From Eledone cirrhosa (taxonomy: Eukaryota), in NCBI GenBank assembly GCA_964016885.1, contig OZ024747.1, positions 89,342,001 through 89,406,000 of the forward strand: DNA of 64,000 bases, in the 5' to 3' direction. Below the pieces are notes generated by a model. The model saw only the letters and a program-made list of their open reading frames with translations. It searched no databases and had not been told where the DNA came from. The translations under genes were made by a program, and so were the position numbers. Within the stretch, counting starts at the first letter, position 1; the number at the start of each line of letters is the position of its first letter. Positions 12,346 through 26,045 of the stretch are shown piece by piece.

Positions 12346-13044
12346 CCAGTATTCCTTCTTCATGCCACTGACATTGTTCAAATGAAAGGCAAAGGCCAAA
12401 ACAGCTTGGCCGCAGTGTTCATCATCATCATCATCGTTTTACGTCCGTTCTTCCACGCTAGCACGGGTTAGACGGGTTGTCCTGTTGTGGGCAGTGTCCA
12501 GTCGGTTGACCTTGTCTTGCTCATACAGGAACTGATTATCTGTTATTCCAACATATTTGTTTAGCAATGTGAGATAAAGTATTTTGCTCAAGGACACAAC
12601 ACACTGTTTCGACTAGGTTCAAACTCACAACCTTGTGATTGTGAGCTCAACACCCTAACCACTAGGCCATATGCTTTCACTTAAAGCTGTGAAGTAGTTG
12701 GACATAGGAATAGAATTCAGCCTTAAAAAACATACAAAAGACAAAAACTATGAAAAAAAAAACGACATCCACAACAAAAATCAGTAGTTTTCTGTTTGTG
12801 TGTATTTGTGTGTGTGGGTATATGTGCGTGTGTGTGCATGTGTGTGTATGCACGTGTGTATGTATGTATATATGTGTATGTATATGTATGTGTGAGTGTG
12901 TGTATGTGTGTGTGTGTGTATGTATGTGTGCATGTATGTATGTGTGTGCATGTATGTGTGAGTATGTGTATATGTGTGTACATGTATGTGTGTGTGTGTA
13001 AGTTTGTGTGTGTGCATGGGTGTATATATATATATCTGTATAAT

Positions 13045-13385
13045 GGAGGCACATGGCTTAGTGGTTAGAGCATTGGCCTTGCATCGAAAGGTTGTGAGTT
13101 CAATTCTTAGACCGGGTGATGTGTTGTTTCCTTGAGCAAGGCACTTTATTTCACATTGCTCCAGTTTACTCAGCTGTGGAAATGAGATGATAGGGACCCC
13201 AGTCCCTATCATCTCATTCCACTGCAAAGTGGTCGTGGAGGTGCCACGGCAAAAAATCACCCAGCACTCACTGTAAATGAGGTTGGTATTAGGAAGGGCA
13301 TCCAGCTGTAGAAATCAAGCCAGAATCAGTTCCCGTCCCACCCTTGTAAGCAGGGAAAAGTGGACGTAAAATGAAATGATGATGA
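13045..13385 (+). mobile_element. tRNA-head / CORE-like / RTE-tail SINE family B, full length
   Basis: tggcttagtggttagagc...gagttcaattc head; tccttgagcaaggcactttatttcacattgctccag central domain; 17-bp hairpin; tail shared with the RTE 3' UTR. Second full copy at 41398-41728 (-). Confidence 0.85.
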
Positions 13386-13539
13386 AAAATGATGTGTGTA
13401 TGTGCGTGTGTATGTAGTGTGTGTGTGTGTATGTGTGTACAATATTAAAATGGACTGTGACAAGTGGTGAGATGTTTTGACTGTTCAATTTATCTCATGG
13501 GGAAAAATGGAGATAAAACAATAACAAGAACAAGTATTA

Positions 13540-14110
<571 letters not shown>

Positions 14111-14476
14111 TCTCAGTAAAATGACAATTAAGCAACTGGAAGTTACAGAAGTTCAATAATTAATGAGTAACAATTTCAATTGAACATTTTTCTACATTTT
14201 ATTGATAGGAAAAATTAGACTATAAAGTATTTCTGTCTTGTTTCTGTAGTGGTGGTATCTTAGCCAAAATAGTAGGGACTGGAATGACTCCTACGAGGAT
14301 TGGCTAGAAGGTTCATAGGCTGATTATGAAGGAGTGATGCTAAGGCTGTGAAATCTTGCATGCATTAATTTCAAATCTTCTTATTAATAATGGCATTGTT
14401 TCATTCTAGGCCCACATTGAAAAATAAACATCATTTGGTCATTCCATGAAGGAGTGATGCTAAGGCTGTGAAATCT

Positions 14477-15005
14477 CATCATCATCATCATCATCATCAG
14501 GTTTAGCGTCCGTGTTCCACGCTTGCATGGGTTTGGACGGGGGTTTTCCCACTTGAGGCAAGAGTGGTTGTCTTGCTCGCATAGGACTGTCTGGCGGGTT
14601 TTCTACAGTTGGATGCCCTTCCTAACACCAACCACATTTACAGTGTGGGGCTGGGAGGTTTTTACCGTGTTGCCTACACGGCCACATTACAGCGTGGACT
14701 GTCTGGCGGGTTTTCTACAGCTGGATGCCCTTCCTAACACCAACCACATTTACAGTGTGGGGCTGGGAGGTTTTTACCGTGTTGCCTACACGGCCACATT
14801 TACAGCGTGGACTGTGTGTTTTTTTGTCGTGACACCTACACGATCTCATTTGTTTTGGCCTGGATGTTGTGGGACCAACATAACTGTACATTGAAAGGGG
14901 CGGTGTGGATAGGGTGGAGGTGGTGGGACGGGGGGGTGTTTTGATAGAGATGCCTACTGACTGTAGTAGGTTTTTACTTTGTATTTAGGTAAGGCGGGTC
15001 TTACC
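14477..15005 (-). mobile_element. RTE LINE 3' UTR with internal duplication (same subfamily as 48022-50958)
   Basis: Matches 48022-48420, including the ORF-terminal tatttaggtaaggcgggtctt. An ~110-bp segment is duplicated. Confidence 0.85.
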
Positions 15006-15038
15006 TCACATGCATTCATTTCAACTCTTCTTATTAAT

Positions 15039-15228
15039 AATTGTTTCTACTTTTAGCACGAGGCCAGCAATTAACCCAGCGCATTACTGGTACTTTATTT
15101 TATCGACCCCGTAAGGATGAAAGGCAAAGTTAACCTCGGCGGGATTTGAACTCAGACCGTAAAGGGACGTAACTCTTTGCTGCAAAGCATGGCGTCCGAC
15201 CCTCTACTGATACAGCCAATCCACCGCC
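15039..15228 (-). mobile_element. tRNA-derived SINE family A with target-site duplication
   Basis: Full-length copy. TSD cttattaataat at 15030-15041 and 15229-15240. Confidence 0.88.
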
Positions 15229-15578
15229 CTTATTAATAATGACATTGTTTCATTCCAGGGGCAACGTTGGAAAATAAACCTCATTTGGTCATTACATGAG
15301 AGAATCTTAGTCAGCCCATGAAGGAGTGATGCTAAGTCTGTGAAATCTTGCATGCATTAAATTCAACTTTTCTTATTAATAACTAGATTGTTTCTTTCCA
15401 GGAAATATGTTGAAAAATAAACCTCATTTAGTCATTCCATGAGAATATCTTGGTCAGCCTATGAACTTTTTCAGCCTATGAACTTTTTGGTCGACTGTTA
15501 TATTTCAAACTGATGGGGCTTGTAAAATGAGCCACAGACATGGTAATTCACTGGAATTATTAAATAGTATTTTTCCCT

Positions 15579-15849
15579 GAAAGATCAATCGAGCCATCTA
15601 GTAGCTGGTTCTCTCTGAAATTTCCCTTGGGATATCTAGTGCTAGCAGATAAATGACATGCAATTCTGTCTGATAAAGCAAACAAATGGAGTCCCTGGGG
15701 ATGTTAACAGTCTCAATCTATACTTGAACCAAGAATGACTGAAACGACCCACTTCTATGTTGATCAGTGGTGGCTATTTCAAAGCAGTGACAAATACACA
15801 GTACCAAGTGGGTCACTTTTGGTCAGCAGAATTGGTTTTGTGTGATGAA
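15579..15849 (+). pseudogene. Decayed 28S (LSU) rRNA fragment
   Basis: gaaagatcaatcgagccatctagtagctggttctctctgaaatttccctt.ggata and aagtgggtcacttttggtcagcagaattgg...gatgaa resemble the conserved LSU blocks GAAAGACTAATCGAACCATCTAGTAGCTGGTTCC and AGTGGGCCACTTTTGGTAAGCAGAACTGG, in the correct order and approximate spacing. Confidence 0.85.
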
Positions 15850-16996
15850 GCAGATAAAATTTGGATGAAATATCTTAGTATATTTTTTATGTATTCAATT
15901 ATGATAATAATGTGAATGGACCTCAGTTGGTGTCGAAGACGAGTATTGCAACTGATCAATCGATAGAAGAGTTTGCTCATGAAATTAATATATAAGTAGC
16001 TGAGCATTCCATAGACATGTGTACCCTTAACGTAATTCTCAGGATGAGACAGTGTGTGACAAAACTGATCTCTTGAATTACAAATGCAATGGGCTTCTAA
16101 ACTGCTTCTGTCTCCCCTCAAGGTATGGGTCAACTCAAGTCTTATGATAAATTACACTTGTCAAAAATGCCACAGTGGGATCGAACTTAGGACTTAATGA
16201 TTGTAAAGTAAACTTCTTCACCATTCAGCCACACTGCCTCCACTCATAATCTGAGTAGATTGGTGACCATCATAGTTAGCAAGAGATGATTTAGTGAAAA
16301 GTATAAAAGAAAAAGAAAAAAGCAGCAGTCTACAATAAGAAGACATATCTAGAGTTTTCTGCCAAGCTCTTAATCAGAGAATGATTATTTCTCTTGTAAT
16401 CACCAAAAGCTACAGCTGACCCAAACTTTGACTGGCTACTTCAGTTTTCTAGTTGTAGAACTTCTTACTTAAAATAGCTGATTGTTACATTAACATAGTT
16501 CTTTGATTGGCGTGTTCAGATAGCCAAGAAATATACTGGGATTTTGAAACAGATATTATAGTTACGCCGCTTTATGTTTTGAGTTCAAATCCCACCGAGG
16601 TTAACATTGCCTTTCATCCTTACACGGTCGATAAAATAATGCTTCAGTATTGTACTGGAATATTTGCTGGCCTTGTGCCAAAAGTAGAAACAATTATAGT
16701 TTGTGATAAAAGCTGATTTTTCCTTCACCATAGAATAAACTAGATAAAGCCAAAAGAGGAAGAATTCTCACCTACTACACTGATACACTGGCTGACAGAT
16801 ACACACTGATACACTGGCTGACAGATACACACAGAGAAAAGTAGGCACATACACACACTGACAGTAGCAGGTAGATGCATATACACATATAGAGCCAGCT
16901 AGACACATACACACACACACACACACACAGATACAGAGATATATTTCTTTATTGTTTATTTAGATACACACACAGATATATATATATATATACAGA

Positions 16997-17074
<78 letters not shown>

Positions 17075-17749
17075 GACAGACACACACACAGGCAGACACA
17101 TACACACAGACAGTGGCAGGTAGACACTCATACACACATAGAGGCAACTAGACACATACAGAGGCAGACACATACACACACACAGACAGATACAGAGATA
17201 AATACACACACACACACAGATAGATATATACAGGCAGACACAGAGAGAGAGGCAGATAGAGAGATAGATACACAGACACACACGCAGGCAGACAGAGAGA
17301 AGACTAGAATTGGTTTTCAATGTCTGGCCTGTGGAAAATACCTCAACAGGTTTCAGAAATAAATTTAACTAATATAGTTGAGTGAATAAGTTATATGGCT
17401 GCCAGGTTTTGTGTCATAAATTCAAATTAGCTACAGGCATTTTGTTGATTTCTGAGCAGGACACTTGAGTCTACTTGTCCCATTTTCCTTAGGTGGGCAT
17501 AACTGGCAAAAGATGCACCTGAATGAAACATGAAACCTCTTTCACTACTTCGATCTATTTAGTATATTGTTTAAGATAGGAGTTTTTTTTATATCTTGGC
17601 TGATATTTGATAATATATTATGTTAACCTTCATAGTAAAATTGTTTCTCACATATTATAACTTTTTCTCTAGAAAAGAGGACTTCCTAGATTAACATTCT
17701 TTCAAACGATGTAAATATCCATTGGATACTCATTATCTCTCATCTACAC

Positions 17750-18260
17750 ATATATATACACCAGGTCTGAACACTGAACTCCCACTGTCACCACCTCCGT
17801 CCCTCCCGCTTTCCCCATCTCTCACTTTTGCAAGCAAATGGGGGCCAACACGCTGGTCGCCCTGTGACCCCGGCAGACAGAATAGAGAAGGCATTTCCCC
17901 AGAGGATGGCGAGGGAGATGCACTGGAAGAGCCATTCCAACTTGTGAGGCTCATACCTACAGGTACTCTGTGCCGATGGTGGTAAGTAGGGCCAAGGACA
18001 CCAGATGTCTCCACTGCCACGGGCTCAACCGCAAATCTTTTGAAGAGCAACTGATCATTTGAGAATCTACCCTCCTTGGCCTGAAGTACAGCAAAGCCTG
18101 GATTAGTCACAGACAGCACCAGAATGTCACTGAAGAATGTGTCACTGCATGTGGTATCCAACTCTAGGTTCTTCCATACCTGATTCAGCTATAAGGACTA
18201 AGTCATGAGCATACAGGAGTTCCCATAGTGTGCCAGTTTTAAACTCTTCAGCAATGGCCT
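17750..18260 (-). mobile_element. CRE-like non-LTR retrotransposon 3' end (REL endonuclease C-terminus)
   Basis: DTTCSDTF...FAVEPVAVETSGVLGP, then in a shifted frame EWLFQCISLAILWGNAFSILS. These resemble the WDxTxxDT, P.AVET.G..G and FQRIS.AI.RGNA motifs of CRE-clade elements. Confidence 0.7.
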
Positions 18261-18936
18261 GTACAGAATCATTTAGAAATCATCTTCAACTCAAAGACAT
18301 ATTTTTTAAGAAAGCAAGACTCATAAATCTTGTACTAATAAGATTGTAAACTAACTTTTCTGTTTGGCCAAGGTTCAAAACATTGATAGTTTTTGTGTAT
18401 CTAAAATTAAGCAGATCCTAGTTTTATGTTTAATATTTTTTTTAATTTCTGATGTAGCTGAAGGTCATGTTTAACTATTATAATTACTGTATATTGAATC
18501 TTTGTACCAGATTTTAAATTTTGCATTTTTGATCTTTGAATCTGATAGTTGGTATTGGTTCAAATTTATAAGTGAAAAGTATATTGAACTGAACTGATTC
18601 TAGTATATGTTTGGTAATGTTTTATCAACTTCATTGGGTAATTGACTGGCAGAATCATTCAACAGTCATATAAAGTGACTTGTAGTATTCAGTTACAGCC
18701 TTTCATATTCTTAGCCCAAATGCTGCTAAGGTTGATTCTGTCTTTCATCCTCCTCCTGGGGTCAACAAAATAAATAAACACAAGTCAAGTACTAGGTTTG
18801 ATATAGTCGACCCTTCGCCTATGTTTAAAATCAATATCTGATCAATCTTAGAAACCCATCAGATGGACTGTACCTGCAATTCAAAGAGCCAACCGTGTTG
18901 CACATAGTGTCTTGCTGAATCTCCCTGAGAATTTCA

Positions 18937-19410
18937 TTAGTTAGTTAGTTCGGCCGAGTTTACACTCACAAAGATTCAGCACGCCTTCTCCAATTGGATT
19001 TGGTGTACTTCATATCTGTTTCGGTTGCTGAATACAATCAGGTGTCGCTGCTTCTCCTAAAGGTCAATAGTTCTTTTCTAGCTCGAGTGGGAGCACCTTT
19101 CTATTGTCAATGTACATTGATCATCTGCAAAGCTGCATTGTTCTCAGAACAACTACACCAGTCTTTCGATGCATGCAGCTAGAACTACTGCTATCCATTG
19201 ATTTGGCAGGATTTTTTTTTTTTTTTAGATGGCTGTTGACATTTTATGAGTTCTTCCGCCTTGCCCTTTGTCAGGTTTTGTTTTTTGTCCTGCAGGGTGT
19301 CCAAAATCACTCTCCTCACCAAGTAAACTTGGTGGGGTTGCCAGTTTAGTCGCCGATAACTTGACCATGTGACAGGTTGTACTGGGTTACATGCTACCAA
19401 TAACACTTTA
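18937..19410 (-). mobile_element. Probable decayed LINE 3' end with (AACT)n tail
   Basis: Higher-GC block with broken coding-like frames, ending in ttagttagttagtt. Family not firmly recognised. Confidence 0.35.
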
Positions 19411-19529
19411 GAGTGACCTTACATTAAGTGTGTACATATCTGTTAGTTTCATACACAGGTGGTTCTACTGATCAAACAACTCAGCTGGAACACTCATCAT
19501 ATCAACTGATGAAGATCCATTCCAAAGAA

Positions 19530-20060
19530 GTTATCACTCGGTATTTGCAGGAGTTATGTTCCTAGGGCACCAGTGCAGAATGAGAAACCATGAATGTTGG
19601 AATGCCTATAAACATCAAAACATCAAAACATCAAAACATAATGTAAAATATAGGGTGGCAAATACAGTATATTGTTATTAATAATTTAGTGTTAAAAAGT
19701 GTGGAAAAAAATATATATTGCGAGGAGAAAAGTCATGAAAAAATTGCAGAAGATATTTACAATTCCACGAATATGCAGTGGTTTCTACAAACTGAGGATT
19801 GGCAGTATCGGTAGAGGATTGGACGCCAAGCTTTGACGCATAGAGTTATGGTCCTTGCCATTCTGAGTTCAAATCCCACCGAGGTTAACTTTGCCTTTCA
19901 TCCTTTCGGGGTCGATAAAATAAAGTACCAGTAATACACTGAGTAATTGCTGGCCTTGTGCCAAATGTAGAAACAATTATTAGTTAGGTTCTAAGGAAAA
20001 TTCGCAAATAACCAGCACCGCAAATGCTGGGACTGTGAATGCTGGGAGTACATTGTGTAT
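19530..20060. mobile_element. Tc1/pogo (Tigger-like) MITE with nested SINE A (19795-19982, +)
   Basis: Ends ctcggtatttgcaggagttatgttcc and gaatgctgggagtacattgta resemble MER2/Tigger-type termini. The SINE copy inside is clear. Confidence 0.45.
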
Positions 20061-20062
20061 AG

Positions 20063-20190
<128 letters not shown>

Positions 20191-20779
20191 AAGTTGATGT
20201 GAAATAAATTAAAATGAGGTCACATTCTTGGTGGTTTGCTGAAAACTTAGCAAAGCAAAACCAATCCTTGTTTGCAATATCACACATTATAAATCTTGAT
20301 ATCTTCAACTTTTATCAGACAATTTCCTCACACCATAGTTCTTCCATTTCTCTTTCTCCTCCTCCCTCTCTCTCATTTTCTCTCTTTCTGTCTCATTTAT
20401 TTTACAAAATTCCTCTGTTATGTCATTTAATAATCAATAATATAGCTACCTTTATTATCTGTTGTATGTTTCGTTTCTCAATTTCCGGAAGCTTCATGTC
20501 CTATCTGCACTATTAATCTCTTTCTTCCTACAGATAAACTACTGTTCCATATATCTTCTTCCTTATATTAACATGTATGATCTAATGATATAGCCATTTA
20601 TTTCCTTCTTCTATAAAGTCTATCAATTTGTCCCATATTACTCAGGATTTTAATACTCTTCCTGCTTTTTCAATTCACATTTTAAGCCTACTATTTTCTT
20701 ACCACACTGAAATATATTTCTTAGCTTTATATGTTAAATAAGTGGCCATCCATCCATCCAGCCAACCAGACACCCACCG

Positions 20780-23700
20780 ATGCCACCAATCTATCCACCA
20801 CCCAGTCATCCATCCATCTATCTATCTACCCACTTACCCACCACCCAGTCATCCATCCATCTATCTATCTACCCACTTACCCACCACCCAGTCATCCATC
20901 CATCTATCTATCTACCCACTTACCCACCACCCAGTCATCCATCCATCTATCTATCCACCCACTTACCCACCACCCAGTCATCTATCAATCTATCTACCCA
21001 CTTACCCATCACCCAGTCATCTATCAATCTATCCACCCTCTTACCCACCACCCAGTCATCCATCTATCTATCCACTTACCCACCACCCAGTCATCCATCT
21101 ATCTATCTATCCACCCACTTACCCAGTCATCCATCTATCTATCTATCCACCCACTTACCCACCACCCAGCATCTATCTATCAATCTATCCACCCACTTAC
21201 CCACCACCCAGTCATCCATCTATCTATCTATCCACCCACTTACCCACCACCCAGCATCTATCTATCAATCTATCTACCCACTTACCCACCACCCAGTCAT
21301 CCATCTATCTATCCACCCAATTACCCACCACCCAGTCATCCATCTATCTATCCACCCAATTACCCACCACCCAGTCATCCATCTATCTATCTATCCACCC
21401 ACTTACCCACCACCCAGCATCTATCTATCAATCTATCCACCCACTTACCCACCACCCAGCATCTATCTATCAATCTATCCACCCACTTACCCACCACCCA
21501 GCATCTATCTATCAATCTATCCACCCACTTACCCACCACCCAGTCATTCATCTATCTATCCTCCACCCACTTACCCACCACCCAGTCATCCATCTATCTA
21601 TCTATCCACCCACTTACCCACCACCCAGCATCTATCTATCAATCTATCCACCCTCTTACCCACCACCCAGTCACCCATCTATCTATCTATCCACCCACTT
21701 ATCCACCCCCAGTCATCCATCTATCTATCTATCTACCCACTTACCCACCACCCAGTCATCCATCTATCTATCTACCCACTTACCCACCACCCAGTCATCC
21801 ATCCATCTATCTATCTACCCACTTACCCACCACCCAGTCATCCATCCATCTATCTATCCACCCACTTACCCACCACCCAGCATCTATCTATCAATCTATC
21901 CACCCTCTTACCCACCACCCAGTCACCCATCTATCTATCTATCCACCCACTTATCCACCCCCAGTCATCCATCTATCTATCTATCTACCCACTTACCCAC
22001 CACCCAGTCATCCATCTATCTATCTACCCACTTACACACCACCCAGTCATCCATCCATCTATCTATCTACCCACTTACCCACCACCCAGTCATCCATCCA
22101 TCTATCTATCTACCCACTTACCCACCACCCAGTCATCCATCTATCTATCTATCCACCCACTTACCCACCACCCAGCATCTATCTATCAATCTATCTACCC
22201 ACTTACCCACCACCCAGTCATCCATCTATCTATCGACCCAATTACCCACCACCCAGTCATCCATCTATCTATCCACCCACTTACCCACCACCCAGCATCT
22301 ATCTATCAATCTATCCACCCACTTACCCACCATCCAGCATCTATCTATCAATCTATCCACCCACTTACCCACCACCCAGTCATCCATCTATCTATCCTCC
22401 ACCCACTTACCCACCACCCAGTCATCCATCTATCTATCTATCCACCCACTTACCCACCACCCAGCATCTATCTATCAATCTATCCACCCTCTTACCCACC
22501 ACCCAGTCATCTATCAATCTATCCACCCAATTACCCACCACCCAGTCATCCATCCATCTATCTATCCACCCACTTACCCACCACCCAGTCATCTATCAAT
22601 CTATCCACCCACTTACCCACCACCCAGTCATCCATCTATCAATCTATCCACCCACTTACCCACCACCCAGTCATCCATCTATCTATCTATCCACACACTA
22701 ACCCACCACCCAGCATCTATCTATCAATCTATCCACCCACTTACCCACCACCCTGTCATCTATCAATCTATCCACCCACTTATCCACCCCCCAGTCATCC
22801 ATTTATCTATCTATCTACCCACTTATCCACCCCCCTGTCATCCATCTATCTATCTACCCACTTATCCACCCCCCAGTCATCCATCCATCTATCTATCCAC
22901 CCACTTACCCACAACCCAGTCATCCATTTATCTATCTATCTACCCACTTACCCACCACCCAGTCATCTATCAATCTATCCACCCACTTATCCACCCCCCA
23001 GTCATCCATCTATCAATCTATCTACCCACTTATCCACCCCCCAGTCATCCATCCATCTATCCACCCACTTACCCACCACCCAGTCATCCATCTATCTATC
23101 TATCCACCCACTTACCCACCACCCAGTCATCTATCAATCTATCCACCCACTTATCCACCCCCAGTCATCCATCTATCAATCTATCCACCCACTTATCCAC
23201 CCACCAGTCATCCATCCATCTATCTATCCACCCACTTACCCACCACCCAGTCATCCATCTATCAATCTATCTACCCACTTACCCACCACCCAGTCATCCA
23301 TCTATCTATCTATCCACCCACTTACCCACCACCCAGTCATCTATCAATCTATCCACCCACTTATCCACCCCCAGTCATCCATCTATCAATCTATCCACCC
23401 ACTTATCCACGCCCCAGTCATCCATCCATCTATCTATCTACCCACTTACCCACCCCCCAGTTATCTATCTATCAATCTATCTACCCACTTACCCACCCCT
23501 CATTCATCTATCTATCAATCTATCCACCCACTTATCCACCCCCCAGTCATCTATCTATCAATCTATCCACCCACTTACCCACCCCTCATTCATCTATCTA
23601 TCTATCTATCCACCCACTTACCCACCCCTCATTCATCTATCTATCAATCTATCCACCCACTTATCCACCCCCAGCTATCCATCTATCAATCTATCCACCC

Positions 23701-24560
23701 ATTACCCACCCCTCATTCATCTATCTATCTATCTATCTACCCACTTACCCACCACCCAGTCACCCATCTATCTATCTATCCACCCACTTATCCACCCCCA
23801 GTCATCCATCTATCAATCTATCCACCCACTTATCCACCCCCAGTCATCCATCTATCTATCTATCCACCCACTTACCCACCCCTCATTCATCTATCTATCA
23901 ATCTATCCACCCACTTACCCACCCCTCATTCATCTATCTATCAATCTATCCACCCACTTATCCACCATCCAGTCATCCATCTATCTATCCACCCACTTAC
24001 CCACCTTTCATTCATCTATCTATCTATCTATCCACCCACTTATCCACCCCCAGTCATCCATCTATCTATCTATCCACCCACTTATCCATCATCCAGTCAT
24101 CCATCTATCTATCTATCCACCCACTTATCCACCCCCAGTCATCTATCTATCAATCTATCTATCTATCCACCCACTTATCCACCCCCCAGTCATCTATCTA
24201 TCCACCCACTTACCCACCACCCAGCATCTATCTATCAATCTATCCACCCACTTACCCACCACCCAGCATCTATCTATCAATCTATCCACCCACTTGCCCA
24301 CCCCTCATTCATCTATCTATCTATCTATCCACCCACTTACCCACCCCTCATTCATCTATCTATCTATCTACCCACCCACTTATCCACCCCCAGTCAGCCA
24401 TCTATCTATCTATCCACCCACTTATCCACCCCCAGTCATCCATCTATCTATCTATCCACCCACTTATCCACCATCCAGTCATCCATCTATCAATCTATCC
24501 ACCCACTTACCCACCACCCAGCATCCATCTATCTATCTATCCACCCACTTATCCAGTCAT
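20780..24560. repeat. 3.8-kb complex C-rich satellite (~35-45-bp units)
   Basis: Core ccacccacttacccaccacccagtcat plus variable (ccat)n(ctat)n. The long P/H/S/T/Y ORFs are artefacts of this repeat. Confidence 0.97.
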
Positions 24561-24728
24561 CCATCCATCCAACTGTTCATTTATTTGCCTGTCTCTAGCT
24601 ATCTGTCTGTCTGCTGTCTGCTGTCTGTTTGTCTATCCACCCAGCCATCGAATCATCTATCTATCTATTGAACCATTTATCTACCGATCTCATTCTCTCT
24701 CACTCTCTCTCTTTATATATATATATAT

Positions 24729-25154
24729 AAATATTTATTCAGGTTTGAGGTTCACCACTGTATAGAGCTGGTCTATTCCGTATGGTCAATCGTAATGCAA
24801 TAATATAGAGAGTACTCAACGTAAAGCAGTTCAACCGTCTTTGTTTTTGTAGTTGGTGGCGCTATTACGGAGTTAAATATTATAATGAAATGACAGGAGG
24901 CTGGATTTGTGTAAATCCTTGAAAGGTTTATTATACTATGATCATTTCAATGACCGGGTTCCGTATGAATCCGGTGATATCATCAGGTATTCGAAATATA
25001 ATACGTGAATGTAATAGGTAAAATCCATGGGGCTGAAAATCGAGACCCGAGGGCGACCGCTATTCTGTTCCTTCAACCTCAGCCGGTCGCCCTAAATGAT
25101 CATAGTATAATAAACCTTTCAAGGATTTACACAAATCCAGCCTCCTGTCATTTC

Positions 25155-25162
<8 letters not shown>
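24729..25162. mobile_element. PLE-type terminal fragment with ~70-bp inverted repeat, between (TA)n tracts
   Basis: ~24878-24947 is the reverse complement of ~25095-25163. Contains a hammerhead on the minus strand. Confidence 0.7.
24933..24990 (-). ncRNA. Minimal type I hammerhead ribozyme
   Basis: Minus strand: atac-CTGATGA-tatcaccggattcatacggaacccggtcatt-GAAA-TGATCA-TA-gtat. Stem I atac/gtat, palindromic stem III ATGATCAT. Confidence 0.7.
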
Positions 25163-25199
<37 letters not shown>

Positions 25200-25414
25200 T
25201 AAGTTAAAGTGTACATCTACATATGTATACGGAAGTATTAGTATGCATATAAATACACACATGTATACATATGTACATGTACTGAGTTTTTCACTAGACA
25301 CTTTACAGTGAGTGTCAGCTAGTCTGTACGTAACCACACAGACGGACCGGGTTTTAGAGTCATACGAGTTTTCAAGGAAACACATTTCCTCTATTCTCCA
25401 GAGGGCCAGACAGG

Positions 25415-25459
25415 AATATTGGACTAGTTTCGATGTTATTACATCTCATCAGCAATATT
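25415..25459 (-). ncRNA. Minimal type I hammerhead ribozyme with canonical core
   Basis: Minus strand: aatattg-CTGATGA-gatgt-aata-acatc-GAAA-CTAG-TC-caatatt. 7-bp stem I, 5-bp stem II, palindromic ACTAGT stem III, GUC cleavage triplet. Confidence 0.9.
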
Positions 25460-26000
25460 TACCCATCTTCCGGCTTCTCTGGAGAATTGTAAAAGCACAT
25501 ATCGTTATATGCTTTTTCTATGAAAATTAGTAGTGGGTAGACTAATTTGCATAGAACGTGAGTCATTGTACGCACCGGTTCAGCGGAAACGATAAAAACA
25601 AATAACGAAACGAAATTAAATTTCGTTTCGCTTCTAAAACCCGGTCCGTCTGTGTGGTTACGTACAGACTAGCTGACACTCACTGTAAAGTGTCTAGTGA
25701 AAAACTCAGTACATGTACATATGTATACATGTGTGTATTTATATGCATACTAATACTTCCGTATACATATGTAGATGTACACTTTAACTTAATTGTTTAA
25801 GCGTCAGTCATACAAAAGTGAGTTAGAAGCGAAACGAAATTTAATTTCGTTTCGTTATTTGTTTTTATCGTTTCCGCTGAACCGGTGCGTACAATGACTC
25901 ACGTTCTATGCAAATTAGTCTACCCACTACTAATTTTCATAGAAAAAGCATATAACGATATGTGCTTTTACAATTCTCCAGAGAAGCCGGAAGATGGGTA

Positions 26001-26045
26001 AATATTGCTGATGAAATGTAATAACATCGAAACTAGTCCAATATT
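26001..26045 (+). ncRNA. Minimal type I hammerhead ribozyme, G10.1-to-A variant
   Basis: aatattg-CTGATGA-aatgt-aata-acatc-GAAA-CTAG-TC-caatatt. Identical to the 25415 copy except A26015. Confidence 0.82.

Larger units (their letters stand above)
14327..15465. repeat. Local ~120-140-bp tandem repeat (about 3 copies) interrupted by an RTE 3' fragment and a SINE
   Basis: atgaaggagtgatgctaag.ctgtgaaatct recurs at ~14326, ~14446 and ~15318. RTE tail at 14477-15005 and SINE A at 15039-15228 are inserted within it. Confidence 0.8.

Noticed and set aside
19500-19530. Other CTGANGA occurrences (19506, 45180, 47067, 52932, 58302)
   Set aside because: No compatible stem II/GAAA/stem III/stem I arrangement.
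20731-24671. Three overlapping 656-1309 aa ORFs
   Set aside because: They are translations of a C-rich satellite that lacks stop codons on the plus strand. Open in all three frames with no domain content.
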